Origin: an uncultured Alphaproteobacteria bacterium
GTDB lineage: Bacteria > Pseudomonadota > Alphaproteobacteria > HIMB59
DNA: 64,000 nucleotides
Direction: 5' to 3'
Assembly: GCA_902610255.1 (NCBI GenBank)
Contig: CACLUX010000004.1
Coordinates: forward strand, 5,605-69,604
Shown one piece after another: positions 1-12,839 of this stretch; positions within the stretch are counted from its first letter, which is position 1; each line of letters opens with the position of its first letter. A program made the translations under genes and the position numbers. The notes below the pieces were generated by a model that was not told the origin of the DNA, searched no databases, and saw nothing but the letters and a program-made list of their open reading frames with translations.

Positions 1-458
1 GGTATTTAAATATGGAATGTCTAGTGGGTCAAAAGTTTCAATTCCTTTTGGAGGCCAAACTCCTATTCCAAGAGTACCTGTGAAAACTTCTTTGTACTCG
101 GCTAAGAATGTTTTAGGTAATAGACTTGCATCAAAAAAAGCCCAAAAAAAAGCGACAAAAACATAACTTCTGATGTGATGAACAAAGCCATACCCCACCT
201 AAGACCAATCTCAGTGATTGAATTATGTACTTTCAAAAAAGTACTCTCTTTTATTATGTCTCGCCACCACATAAACATAGTAAAAAGTATTAGAACAAGA
301 CCTGCCAACATAGGCCATAGCATCTCATAGTGCATATATAAAATAGCTCCTGAAACTAGAAAAAGAGCTGAGAAAGCCCCAACTAATGGCCAGGGACTGG
401 GATTTACAAGATGAAATTTATGTTTCTTTTCAGAGTCTTTAAATACTAAATCAACCAT
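1..458 (-). CDS. ctaE: Cytochrome c oxidase subunit III, runs off the window edge; 1-nt frameshift at the A5 run 157-161
   Basis: [16 protein letters not shown] and [12 protein letters not shown] motifs. Adding one T to the T5 run restores [14 protein letters not shown]...[21 protein letters not shown], open to position 1. Confidence 0.93.
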
Positions 459-470
459 TTACAGAATATT

Positions 471-1007
471 TCATTCTTTTTTCTCAAAAAAGGTATATGA
501 CAAAGTGACATTCTTAGTCCTACTTGCCTCAGGATCGTCAAGTATCAGTGGATCTAAATAGAAAGTAACAGGAAACTCAACAACTTGATTTGGTTTTATA
601 GTTTGATCAATAAAGCAAAAACATTCAATTTTATATAAGTATGGGCCAATTTTAGGTGGTAAAATGTTAAATATAGAAGTACCTGTTGAGCTAACATCAG
701 TATTGTTTTTAGCTTTAAAAACAACATCATACTTTACACCCTCTGTAATATTCATTTTTTGAGGAGCTTCGAACATCCAGTCCAAACCTTCATTTACCTG
801 AGCTGAAAATATAACTTTTATATCGAGTTCACCAGAATTGATATTTTGTTGTTGTTCTTGAATTTTAACCTCTTTATTAAAACCTTGAAATCCAGTTAGG
901 TCACAAAAAAGCTTATATAGTGGAACAGAAAAAATTACTAAACTTAACATAAATCCAAGTATCAACATTAAAAAAATTAATGTTTTATTTTTATTTGATA
1001 CGTTCAA
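471..1007 (-). CDS. ctaG: Cytochrome c oxidase assembly protein CtaG/Cox11
   Basis: VPLYKLFC and KIECFCF copper-binding motif, TLSYTFF end, cox operon context. Confidence 0.95.
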   Translation of the reverse strand: MNVSNKNKTLIFLMLILGFMLSLVIFSVPLYKLFCDLTGFQGFNKEVKIQEQQQNINSGELDIKVIFSAQVNEGLDWMFEAPQKMNITEGVKYDVVFKAKNNTDVSSTGTSIFNILPPKIGPYLYKIECFCFIDQTIKPNQVVEFPVTFYLDPLILDDPEASRTKNVTLSYTFFEKKE

Positions 1008-1105
1008 ATACCAGATTTAATTCTAAATATTGTAATAAAATAAAATGCTGTTACGAGCATGAAAAGTAGAGCCAAGACTAATAAATTTTTATTTTTTCTT
1101 TTCAT
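1004..1105 (-). CDS. 33-aa single-TM protein between ctaB and ctaG (CoxF-like); absent from the ORF track
   Basis: MKRKNKNLLVLALLFMLVTAFYFITIFRIKSGI*. ATG overlaps the ctaB stop (TAATG) and the stop overlaps the ctaG TTG start (TTGA). Confidence 0.8.
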   Translation of the reverse strand: MKRKNKNLLVLALLFMLVTAFYFITIFRIKSGI

Positions 1106-2031
1106 TAGAATAAATATTTATCAATAACTGTTAAAGCAAAAATGAGAAAAAGATAAACAATTGAATATCCAAAAAGTTTAATTGAGTCTTTCTTTATATT
1201 TTGAGACTTATTTAGTTTAAAAAGTTTGTAAATAAAATATGCATTGAGAAGATTGGAGCCTAAAAAAAAGCTCACTCCAGCGTATTTAAAAAAATATAGA
1301 GAGTTTACTGATGCAACCATAAAAAGAGTATAAATATTCATCATAAAAAGTGTTTTTTTTATACCGTGTTTAACGGGGTACATCGGTATATCAGCATCAG
1401 AGTAATCTTGGTTTCTAAATATAGCTAATGCCCAAGAGTGTGGAGGTGTCCATAAAAATATTATTAAGCATAATATTGTCGGGTAGAAAATTTGTTCACT
1501 TGAAATACTTATCCACGCAATCACTGGAGGGAGAGCACCTGCTAAACCACCAATTACTATATTCTGCGCAGTTTTGTGCTTCAGATACATTGTATAAAAA
1601 ACAGAGTAATAAAGAATTGTAAATGCTAATAAGATTGAGGCCTTAATATTTCCAAAGAAAAATAAACCTACTACAGAAAAAAAAGAAAAAATTAATCCAA
1701 TCCCAAGTGCTGTATTTGCCGAGATATTTCCTGAAGGAATAGGTCTAAACTTTGTTCTATCCATTTTCGAGTCAATTATTCGATCAAACCACATGTTTAA
1801 AATAGCTGAACCAGATGCTCCCATTGCTATAAGGGTAAGAGACATTCCTTTTATAAATAAACTTTTATCAGATGGGGCTAATAACATCGCACATAAAGCC
1901 GTAAATATTACAAGAGAAATTACACCAGGTTTAATTAGTACATAAAGTTGTTTTAAAAAATTAACAACTTGCAAAAAGAACAAGTTTTGTTCTGTCTGTA
2001 CGAAAGTTTGATGATGCTTTTTTTCTAACAC
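1105..2031 (-). CDS. ctaB: Protoheme IX farnesyltransferase (heme O synthase)
   Basis: DRIIDSKMDRTKFRPIPSG, QNIVIGGLAGALPP, WTPPHSWALA. Confidence 0.96.
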   Translation of the reverse strand: MLEKKHHQTFVQTEQNLFFLQVVNFLKQLYVLIKPGVISLVIFTALCAMLLAPSDKSLFIKGMSLTLIAMGASGSAILNMWFDRIIDSKMDRTKFRPIPSGNISANTALGIGLIFSFFSVVGLFFFGNIKASILLAFTILYYSVFYTMYLKHKTAQNIVIGGLAGALPPVIAWISISSEQIFYPTILCLIIFLWTPPHSWALAIFRNQDYSDADIPMYPVKHGIKKTLFMMNIYTLFMVASVNSLYFFKYAGVSFFLGSNLLNAYFIYKLFKLNKSQNIKKDSIKLFGYSIVYLFLIFALTVIDKYLF

Positions 2032-2034
2032 AAA

Positions 2035-4481
<2,447 letters not shown>

Positions 4482-4546
4482 CTAAGACATATTAGTAATC
4501 TTTTTTGTACAGTATATTGACAGGATGTCGCTTAAACCCGCTATAA

Positions 4547-5254
4547 TTATAAAAAATAGTGAAATGTTAGACTAAGTGCGGCAATAACTGCTGTGTCAGC
4601 TTTTAAAATGTTTGGGCCCAGACTAACATTAAAGAAATTTTTTGAGCTACCTGATATAAATGCTCTTTCCTCCTCCTCAAAACCCCCCTCAGGTCCTATA
4701 ACAACTAAAATTTCACTATTTGGTTTAACTTTAGCTTGTGATAGATGAATTCCTTTGAGATTCTCATCAAACATCAGCACTGTTTTACTAGACATGATAT
4801 TAGACCTATCTTTAAGGTCAATTAACTTGTCTATGTTTGGTATTGATAATCTTCCACTTTGTTGAGCAGCACCTACAGCATATGTATTAAACTTATCAAG
4901 ATTAATCTTTGTGTTTATAGTTCTATTAAATGATGTTGGAAATAGACATCTCACACCCATTTCAGTTGATTGTCTTATAATTAACTCACTGTTTTGGTAT
5001 TTTATGGGAGAAAACATTAAGTCTATCAAAGTTTCTGCTCGAGGTGCTGAGATTTGACTTATCGATTTCGCTTTTAAAAAATTTTTTTTTATATCAATTA
5101 TTTCGCACTTCCACTCTCCAGAAATATTGTTAAACAAAGAGATCTCATCTCCTATTTTAAGCCTTATAACTTTTACAAGATGGATATAATACTTTTTTTC
5201 TAGCTCATAAGTGCTACCCTGCTTTATAATTGAATTACAATAAACTCTCTTCAT
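4547..5254 (-). CDS. rsmE: 16S rRNA m3U1498 methyltransferase (start placed at ATG 5254)
   Basis: HLVKVIRL, IGPEGGF, SLGPNILKADTA SPOUT motifs. Confidence 0.92.
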   Translation of the reverse strand: MKRVYCNSIIKQGSTYELEKKYYIHLVKVIRLKIGDEISLFNNISGEWKCEIIDIKKNFLKAKSISQISAPRAETLIDLMFSPIKYQNSELIIRQSTEMGVRCLFPTSFNRTINTKINLDKFNTYAVGAAQQSGRLSIPNIDKLIDLKDRSNIMSSKTVLMFDENLKGIHLSQAKVKPNSEILVVIGPEGGFEEEERAFISGSSKNFFNVSLGPNILKADTAVIAALSLTFHYFL

Positions 5255-6161
5255 GAATAACAATTATAAGAATAATTTAATTTTTAAATTATTTCCACCT
5301 TTCACACACCCATACATTCTTTTAGTTAGATTAGATAAACCTATTGGTTTTCTTCTACTTTTTTACCCAATTAGTTTCATTTTAGCATCCTCAACAAATA
5401 GTTCGTCTAGTAATATTTTAATTTTGTTTATAATTTTTTTTATAGGTTCATTGGTTATGAGATCTGCTGGATGCATAGTGAATGATTTTATTGATAAAGA
5501 CATTGATAGGAAAGTTAGTAGAACACAAAATAGAGCTTTAGCCTCATCACAAATAAGTTTTAAGAATTCACTCATACTATTATTTTTTCTTTTAATAATA
5601 GGTTTGATAATTTTATTACAATTAAATTATGAAGCTATTGTGTTAGGGCTTGTTATCACTCCTTTGATAATTTTATACCCTTTAGCAAAAAGATTTTTTT
5701 TCTTACCCCAATTAATTTTAGCTTTGACTTATAATTGGGGCTGTTTTATTGGTTGGGTGGCAATGGGCTCAAACGTACCCTTTTTATCTGTTCTCATTTT
5801 ATATATGTCACTAATTTTTTGGACACTTACTTATGATACTATTTATGCTACTCAGGACGAAAAAGAAGACAAAGAATTAAAATTATACTCTAGCACATTA
5901 TTTTTTGGAGCCGGTAGAATGATCATTTTAAATTTAATGATTTTTTTTAAATATTTTTTATTAGCAGTTTTTGGAAGTGGTTTGAATTTCATTTTTTTAT
6001 ACTATGTCTTATTAACAACGATTTTCTTGATAAACATTATAGATCTCAATTTTATGTGGAAAAATATACCTGAAAAGGCTGGCTCATACTTTAGTCGCAA
6101 TAACTATTACGGTATCAGCATACTTTTTAGTATAATAATTGGAAGTCACCTTAATGTCTGA
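5253..6161 (+). CDS. ubiA: 4-hydroxybenzoate polyprenyltransferase
   Basis: RLDKPIG, MRSAGCIVNDFIDKDID, YDTIYATQD. Confidence 0.95.
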   Translation: MNNNYKNNLIFKLFPPFTHPYILLVRLDKPIGFLLLFYPISFILASSTNSSSSNILILFIIFFIGSLVMRSAGCIVNDFIDKDIDRKVSRTQNRALASSQISFKNSLILLFFLLIIGLIILLQLNYEAIVLGLVITPLIILYPLAKRFFFLPQLILALTYNWGCFIGWVAMGSNVPFLSVLILYMSLIFWTLTYDTIYATQDEKEDKELKLYSSTLFFGAGRMIILNLMIFFKYFLLAVFGSGLNFIFLYYVLLTTIFLINIIDLNFMWKNIPEKAGSYFSRNNYYGISILFSIIIGSHLNV

Positions 6162-7881
6162 GTCTAAAGAACATTTTATAAGAATTTCTAAATTATTTCT
6201 TAATTTCAAATTAAGAATGTTTGTTGCTATTTTATGCATGATTATCTCAGCTCTATGCACAGGTTTTCATGCATGGTTAGTTAAACCAGCTCTTGACAAT
6301 GTTTTGATTAATGCTGATAAGTTTTATTTATATTTTATACCCATTGCTATTTTAATAACTGGTGTAATAAAAGGGTTTGTAACTTATATCCAAATTACTT
6401 CTCTACAATTTATGAGTCATAGAATTATTGAAAAACTCAGACGTGATGTTTTTAAAAATATAATAAATGTGCATTATGGGTTTTTTGTTAAAAATAAAAT
6501 AGGATCATTAATTACGAGAATTACTACAGATACTTATTACTTAAGTGGGGCAATGGCCAACACTTATACCGCATTAATAAAAGACTCTTTAACTTTAACT
6601 GTTTTAATAGGAAATATGTTTTATCAAAATTGGAAATTAGCATGCATTTCTATAGTGATTTTTCCATTGGCCATTGTTCCAATAAGAGTTTTAGGTAAAA
6701 AAATTAGAAGAGTCACAAAAAGCTTACAAGAACAAGTTGGTACTTTAGCTTCAAATTTAGAAGAGGTCTTTAGAGGGATCAAAAATGTAAAATCTTTCAA
6801 TGCAGAAAATTTTGAAATCAAAAGAGTTAATAAAGAAATTGAGCAAGCTAGAGAATTGAATTTTAAACAGGAAAAAATAACTGCGAGATCTAGACCTTTC
6901 ACGGAAACATTGGGTTCAATGGCAGCTGGTTTAGCAATATTTGGTGGGGGTATTTTTGTAATTAACGAAAATATGACAGCTGGGCAATTGATGAGTTTTT
7001 TAGTAAGTCTTATGTTAGCTTATGCACCACTTAAAAATCTAATAAATGTTAATGTTTTACTTCAAAGTGGTCTTGGTGCAGCCTCCAGAATATTTGAATT
7101 TATAGATTTTAAAAATGAAACAATTGGAGGATCAAAAATAATAAAAGATTTCAAGACTTTGAGTTTTAAAGAGGTTTTTTTTAAATACGAAAATACAAAT
7201 AAAAATATAATTAACCGAGTAAATTTTAACCTAAAAGCAGGAAAAAAAGTTGCTTTTGTGGGACCTTCTGGAGGAGGGAAATCAACACTGATGGCTTTAT
7301 TTTTGAGATTATTTGATATCACTAAAGGTGACATAACAATAAATGAAATTAATATAAAAAAATTAAAATTAAATAGTCTAAGAAATATATTTAGCTTAGT
7401 CAGTCAAGATACAGTTTTGTTTGATGGCACTATTTCAGAAAATATAAAATATAACTCTGGTCACAATAAATCAAATGTAAATCATTTTGCTAATATTGCA
7501 TGTGTAAATGATTTTGCAAATAAACTACCTTTAAAATTGGATACTAAAATTGGAGAAAATGGAATTAAATTGTCAGGGGGGCAAAGGCAAAGAATTTCAA
7601 TAGCTAGAGCTCTTGCTCAAAAAAGCCCTGTTGTATTATTAGATGAACCAACTTCAAATTTAGATCTTAAAACAGAGTCTAAGCTATTCAATAATTTGTA
7701 TCATTTACCTAAAATTACTATGATCGTTGTTGCGCATAGATTAAGCACAGTTAAAAATTTTGATGAAATTTACTATTTAGAAAATGGTGAGGTTGTTGAA
7801 AAGGGAACTCATAAAACCTTAATGGCAAAGAAAAAACATTATTATAATCTTTATCAAAGACAGATTAAAAAAAATGCTTAA
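6154..7881 (+). CDS. msbA: Lipid A flippase ABC transporter (start placed at ATG 6154)
   Basis: TMD plus NBD (GPSGGGKST, LSGGQRQR), heads the waaA-lpxK-lpxL cluster. Confidence 0.88.
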   Translation: MSESKEHFIRISKLFLNFKLRMFVAILCMIISALCTGFHAWLVKPALDNVLINADKFYLYFIPIAILITGVIKGFVTYIQITSLQFMSHRIIEKLRRDVFKNIINVHYGFFVKNKIGSLITRITTDTYYLSGAMANTYTALIKDSLTLTVLIGNMFYQNWKLACISIVIFPLAIVPIRVLGKKIRRVTKSLQEQVGTLASNLEEVFRGIKNVKSFNAENFEIKRVNKEIEQARELNFKQEKITARSRPFTETLGSMAAGLAIFGGGIFVINENMTAGQLMSFLVSLMLAYAPLKNLINVNVLLQSGLGAASRIFEFIDFKNETIGGSKIIKDFKTLSFKEVFFKYENTNKNIINRVNFNLKAGKKVAFVGPSGGGKSTLMALFLRLFDITKGDITINEINIKKLKLNSLRNIFSLVSQDTVLFDGTISENIKYNSGHNKSNVNHFANIACVNDFANKLPLKLDTKIGENGIKLSGGQRQRISIARALAQKSPVVLLDEPTSNLDLKTESKLFNNLYHLPKITMIVVAHRLSTVKNFDEIYYLENGEVVEKGTHKTLMAKKKHYYNLYQRQIKKNA

Positions 7882-8524
7882 AAAACTATCTAAGAATAAA
7901 TTCTTTAAGATTATTTTTGTAAATTTAATTTATCTGTCATTATCACTTATAAAAAAAACAAGTAATTGGTCGGGTGTAAACGAAGAAGTCATAGAAAAAA
8001 AATTACAAGATAATAAATCAATAATTGTGCTTATTTGGCATAACCAACTTATGGGTTCTACATTTAGTTGGAAATTTAAACCAAAATTAAGACCCGTTGC
8101 AACATCTCACAGAGACGGTCAAATAAGTACTTTAGTTCAAAGAAAATTTGGTTTAGATCCTCTTTTACGAGAAAAAGATAAACCGACCGCTCTAATAAAA
8201 GAAATCACTTTAGCCGTGGAAAAAGGAGAGTGCATTTATATCACACCAGATGCGCCTCATGGACCTCCTTATGAAATAAATACTAATATATACAAATTAG
8301 CTAAAAAGTTTGACTTAAAGATCGCTCTACTAACTTTTAAAACCAACCGTTTTTTTCGTCTTAATAATTGGGATAAATTAAAAATACCATTACCTTTCAG
8401 TAAAGGTATTTTTTTTTGGGGTGAAGAAATAATAAACCCAAGTAAGTTCGACGAAAATTCATTTAATACATACATAATAGACAATTTGAATAAAAATTTA
8501 AAAATAGTTGATGCTCATTTTTAG
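7874..8524 (+). CDS. DUF374 / lysophospholipid acyltransferase-family protein
   Basis: IWHNQ, SHRDG, ITPD, WDKLKIPLPF; usual position between msbA and waaA. Confidence 0.8.
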   Translation: MLKKLSKNKFFKIIFVNLIYLSLSLIKKTSNWSGVNEEVIEKKLQDNKSIIVLIWHNQLMGSTFSWKFKPKLRPVATSHRDGQISTLVQRKFGLDPLLREKDKPTALIKEITLAVEKGECIYITPDAPHGPPYEINTNIYKLAKKFDLKIALLTFKTNRFFRLNNWDKLKIPLPFSKGIFFWGEEIINPSKFDENSFNTYIIDNLNKNLKIVDAHF

Positions 8525-9671
8525 CTATAGGTTATTACAACTTGTGTTTTTTCCAGTGATTTTATTCATTGGTTTAATTAGAGTATTCAATAAAAAAGAA
8601 AATTTTTTTTCATATAAGCAAAAAATACTCGCAAACCAAAATTACAAACAAATCAATCAAAGTGATTTTTTAATTCATTTTGCTAGCATAGGCGAATTGA
8701 ATTCTATTAAATTCTTAATAGATAGGCTCAATAATAAAAAAATTGTTTTATCGTGTTCTACATTGTCATCTTTTGAATTATCAAAAAAATTGTACCCCAA
8801 CCTAATTAGTATATTCCTTCCTTTAGATTTTTTTTGGAATGTAAATATTTTCTTATCAAAAACAAATTTTAAAAAAATTTTATGGATTGACTCAGAAATT
8901 TGGCCTAATTGGCTCATAATTTCAAAAAAGAAAAATTTAAAAAATATCTTAGTTAATGGCAGAGTATCGGATACAAGTTATATCAGGTGGTCAAAATATC
9001 CAAATTTAAGTAAAATAATTGGAGAACAATACGATCTAATTTTTGCACAAAGTAAAAAGGATCAAGTGAATATAAATAATTTATTTGGTAAAAAAGTTTA
9101 TTTTTTTGGGAACTTAAAATTTAATATTAATCCAAATATACCAGACTCAAAAAAAAAGATCGTTTGTTTTGCAAGTATTCACTTAAATGAATATGATAAA
9201 GTTATACATATAATAAAAAGATTAAATTTAAGTGAAATATTTGAAATAATTATTATACCGCGTCACATTCAATTCTCTAATAATTTAAGTGAAAAAATTA
9301 TTTCTGAAAATTTAGAAAAAATTACACTACATAATAAATTTGGGGATATTATGTCAATTTTTGAGCGCTCAAAAATAGTATTCATGGGTGGTTCTTTAAT
9401 TAAACATGGCGGACAGAATCCTCTGGAACCTATTTCTAGAGGTTGCTTTGTGCTTTCAGGAGAATTTAATAAAAATTTTGAAGAAATTTATTTTGATCTT
9501 GAAAAACTTAATCTTTGCAAAACAATGAATAGTGGTAATTTAGAGGATATAAGTGATGAAATTAACAGACAAATAGAGGAAGACTTTCATCATGTTAAGG
9601 AAATTGAAAATTTTATTAATAATAATAAAAATAGTTTAAAAAATATTACTGAGATGATTGATAAATGTTAA
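8511..9671 (+). CDS. waaA: Kdo transferase
   Basis: HFASIGE, PLDF, SEIWPN, GNLKF, IPRH, GGSLIKHGGQNPLEP. Confidence 0.93.
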   Translation: MLIFSYRLLQLVFFPVILFIGLIRVFNKKENFFSYKQKILANQNYKQINQSDFLIHFASIGELNSIKFLIDRLNNKKIVLSCSTLSSFELSKKLYPNLISIFLPLDFFWNVNIFLSKTNFKKILWIDSEIWPNWLIISKKKNLKNILVNGRVSDTSYIRWSKYPNLSKIIGEQYDLIFAQSKKDQVNINNLFGKKVYFFGNLKFNINPNIPDSKKKIVCFASIHLNEYDKVIHIIKRLNLSEIFEIIIIPRHIQFSNNLSEKIISENLEKITLHNKFGDIMSIFERSKIVFMGGSLIKHGGQNPLEPISRGCFVLSGEFNKNFEEIYFDLEKLNLCKTMNSGNLEDISDEINRQIEEDFHHVKEIENFINNNKNSLKNITEMIDKC

Positions 9672-10630
9672 AAGCTCCAAAATTTTGGTATCAAAAAACA
9701 ATTTCTTTAAATGCACTTCTTCTCTCCCCTTTATCAATAATTTGGTCAGTTGGAAATTTAATCAAAAGAAAACTATCAAAAGTGCAAAAAATTGACTTAC
9801 CAGTGATAGCAGTTGGAAGTGCTATAATTGGTGGTTCAGGCAAAACACCCTCAGTGTTGTACATCTGTAGAGAATTAAAGAAGATGGGATACATTCCTCA
9901 TATTATCTCAAGAGGTTATGGTGGATCCACTACAGTAGATGAAGTTATAAAGGTAAAACCTCATATGGACTTTAATTTTGTAGGAGATGAGGCTTTAATG
10001 ATGTCAAATTATTTTACAACATGGGTTAGTAAAAATAAATTTCACGCAATGATTTCAGCAAAGAAAGATGGTGCAAATATACTTGTACTTGACGATGCAC
10101 TTCAATCTTACAATGTATATAAAAATATATCGATTTATGTTTATGACTCTATCCAATCATTTGGTAATAGACTTTTAGTTCCCTCTGGACCACTAAGAGA
10201 GTCAGTAAAGAATGCAATTAGAAAATCACAAATATTTTTTTTAATTAATACAGATGTATGTAATGATTTAAATGACAGTCACTATAAGCATATTTTGAAA
10301 TATAAAATAGAAATCGACCCAGAATTTAAAGAAAAAAAATTAATTGCTTTTGCAGGTCTGGGTTTTAATAAAAAATTTTTCGACCAATTAAAATCTGAAA
10401 ATTTAAATTTAGTATTAACAAAAGAGTTCCCTGATCATCATCAATATACTGTCGATGATATTTTTTTATTACTTGATCAAGCAAATAAAAATGATGCTTT
10501 TTTAATAACAACAGAGAAAGATCATGTAAGGATACCTAATGAATTTAAAAGCTCTGTTGGAATAATACATGGAGAAATAGTATCTGATAACAATCTAGGA
10601 TTTACTACGGAAATTGAAAAATATATTTAA
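9665..10630 (+). CDS. lpxK: Tetraacyldisaccharide 4'-kinase
   Basis: GGSGKTP, SRGYGG, GDEA, LDDALQ, FPDHH, TTEKD. Confidence 0.96.
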   Translation: MLKAPKFWYQKTISLNALLLSPLSIIWSVGNLIKRKLSKVQKIDLPVIAVGSAIIGGSGKTPSVLYICRELKKMGYIPHIISRGYGGSTTVDEVIKVKPHMDFNFVGDEALMMSNYFTTWVSKNKFHAMISAKKDGANILVLDDALQSYNVYKNISIYVYDSIQSFGNRLLVPSGPLRESVKNAIRKSQIFFLINTDVCNDLNDSHYKHILKYKIEIDPEFKEKKLIAFAGLGFNKKFFDQLKSENLNLVLTKEFPDHHQYTVDDIFLLLDQANKNDAFLITTEKDHVRIPNEFKSSVGIIHGEIVSDNNLGFTTEIEKYI

Positions 10631-11477
10631 AGTTTTTAGAAATTATATTGAGTTTGTATTTTTTATTATACTTAAAAATATATTAGGATTATTTAGTTTT
10701 AATTTTGCCTCAAATGTTGGAGGAATTTTAATTGGTTTTTTTGGAAAATTTACAAAATATGAGCAAATTATAAAAAATAATTTGAAAGTATTAAACCTCA
10801 ATGATGAAAAGAGTTTAAGATTAACAAAGGAAAATTTAAAAGAGACAGGTAAGGTTTTTTTTGAATTTTTTAACTTAAATAAATTTGATTGGAAAAATAT
10901 AGATTTTGATAATACCCATATCATGGACGAGATAAAAACTCACAAAGGTCCTAAAATCTTTATATCAGCACATATTGGGAACTGGGAACTGACAAGAAAT
11001 TTTATTTTACGACATGGTTTTACATTACATTCGGTTTATAGACATGCAAATAATGAGAAGATCGATAACTATATTCAGAAAAATAGAAAGAAAAATAATG
11101 CTTTTTTTTATAAAAAAGGCTCAGAGAGTGCTAAATCCATGATTAAGGCCCTCAAGCAAAATGAGGACTTAGCTCTTCTAATTGACCAAAGAGATAGTAG
11201 TGGTTTAGAAATAGATTTTTTTGGAAAGAAAGTACTTGCAACAGATGGTTTTGCTAATTTGGCAATTAAATACAAAACAATGATATGTCCAGTATACTCT
11301 ATCAGAAATCAAAATAACAAATTTCAAATAATTTTTGAAAAACCTTTACGTTATGAAGAATATAAAAACTATGATGTAAAAGGCCTAGTTGAGATGATTC
11401 ACAAAAAATATTTTGAAAAATGGATTACACACTTTCCATCACAATGGCTATGGGTACATAAAAGATGGAAATTATAA
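10614..11477 (+). CDS. lpxL: Lipid A lauroyl/acyltransferase (HtrB/LpxL family)
   Basis: AHIGNWE, LIDQ, PSQWLWVHKRWK. Confidence 0.88.
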   Translation: MKNIFKVFRNYIEFVFFIILKNILGLFSFNFASNVGGILIGFFGKFTKYEQIIKNNLKVLNLNDEKSLRLTKENLKETGKVFFEFFNLNKFDWKNIDFDNTHIMDEIKTHKGPKIFISAHIGNWELTRNFILRHGFTLHSVYRHANNEKIDNYIQKNRKKNNAFFYKKGSESAKSMIKALKQNEDLALLIDQRDSSGLEIDFFGKKVLATDGFANLAIKYKTMICPVYSIRNQNNKFQIIFEKPLRYEEYKNYDVKGLVEMIHKKYFEKWITHFPSQWLWVHKRWKL

Positions 11478-12809
11478 TTTTTTTTTGACACTCATTACTC
11501 CATCTTTTAAAGTAACATCAAAATTATTTAATTTTTTTAAAGTTTGTATACTTTTAATAATTTGATTTTCTGATTTCAATATAGCATACCCTTTTTTTAA
11601 GTTTTTTTCTATCGAAGAGGTATTAAGTATCTTATTTAATAAATATATTTTTTGAGAAAAAATCTTAAATTTATTTAAAATTAAAGTTTTGTTATTATTA
11701 TATATGTATCCAATCTTGCTCTGTATTTCTAATATTTTTTGTTTTGGGCTATTGTTTTGTAGTATAATCAATTTATCATTAAATAAATTTGATTTATCGT
11801 AAAAGGAATTATTAACTATCTTTAAATTATCACTGTTCATTTTACTTAATTTGATTTCAACATCTTTGATTGAATTTGAAAAATAATTTACAGAATTTTT
11901 GAATCTCAATAATAGTTGTTCTATTGATAAATATTTTTGTTCGATAGATTGATTTAGTTTTACTTGTAAATCTTGAATTTGATTTAATAAATAATTTTTA
12001 TCAGGAACTGCAATTTCAGCTGCTGCAGTGGGTGTTGGTGCACGTAAATCTGAGACATAATCTAATAAGGTATAGTCAGTATCATGACCAATAGCTGAAA
12101 TATTAGGAATTTTTAATTTAAAAACTCTTTTTATTAAATCGGGTTCGTTAAAAGGCATTAACTCCTCCAAAGAACCTCCACCTCTAGCAAATATGATTAA
12201 ATCTGGCTTTAAAAAGTCTTTTGAGTCATGATTTTCAATAAGATCTAAAAAATCTATAATTTCAATATGAGAATTTTTACCTTGAACAGAAATAGGGAAA
12301 ACCTTTATTTGAGTAACTGGAAATCTCTCGGAAATTCTATGAATTATATCATGAATTACTGAACCAGAGGATGACGTTAACACACCAATAGATTTTGGAT
12401 ACTTAGGCAATTTTTTTTTATTATCATCATCAAACAAACCCAGCAAAGATAATTCTTTTTTCCTGTCTTCAATAAGCTTTAATATTGATCCTGTGCCACT
12501 ATACTCAACCTGATCAATAATTAGTTGGTAAACAGATCTCCCAAATTTAGAATAAGATGTTATCCTACCATAAAAACTATACTCAGTTCCCTCTTCGATT
12601 TGAACTTGCAAATTTTCATAGCTTCCTTTCCAGCATATGCAAGATATGACTTCATCGTTTTCTTTAATTGAAAAATATACGTGTCCAGAACTAGCTATAG
12701 TTATTGATCCTGCCTCTCCAACTAACTTTAAATAAGAATAGTTTTCCTCCAATAAATCTTTTATTGACTTATTCAGTTGTGATACAGTGTACTCAGGAAT
12801 ATTATTCAC
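11472..12809 (-). CDS. xseA: Exodeoxyribonuclease VII large subunit (start placed at GTG 12809)
   Basis: YTVSQLN, SGHVYF, ARGGGSLEEL, SAIGHDTD, RAPTPTAAAE. Confidence 0.95.
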   Translation of the reverse strand: MNNIPEYTVSQLNKSIKDLLEENYSYLKLVGEAGSITIASSGHVYFSIKENDEVISCICWKGSYENLQVQIEEGTEYSFYGRITSYSKFGRSVYQLIIDQVEYSGTGSILKLIEDRKKELSLLGLFDDDNKKKLPKYPKSIGVLTSSSGSVIHDIIHRISERFPVTQIKVFPISVQGKNSHIEIIDFLDLIENHDSKDFLKPDLIIFARGGGSLEELMPFNEPDLIKRVFKLKIPNISAIGHDTDYTLLDYVSDLRAPTPTAAAEIAVPDKNYLLNQIQDLQVKLNQSIEQKYLSIEQLLLRFKNSVNYFSNSIKDVEIKLSKMNSDNLKIVNNSFYDKSNLFNDKLIILQNNSPKQKILEIQSKIGYIYNNNKTLILNKFKIFSQKIYLLNKILNTSSIEKNLKKGYAILKSENQIIKSIQTLKKLNNFDVTLKDGVMSVKKKL

Positions 12810-12839
12810 AAAATAAATATACTTTATTATATTATATAA

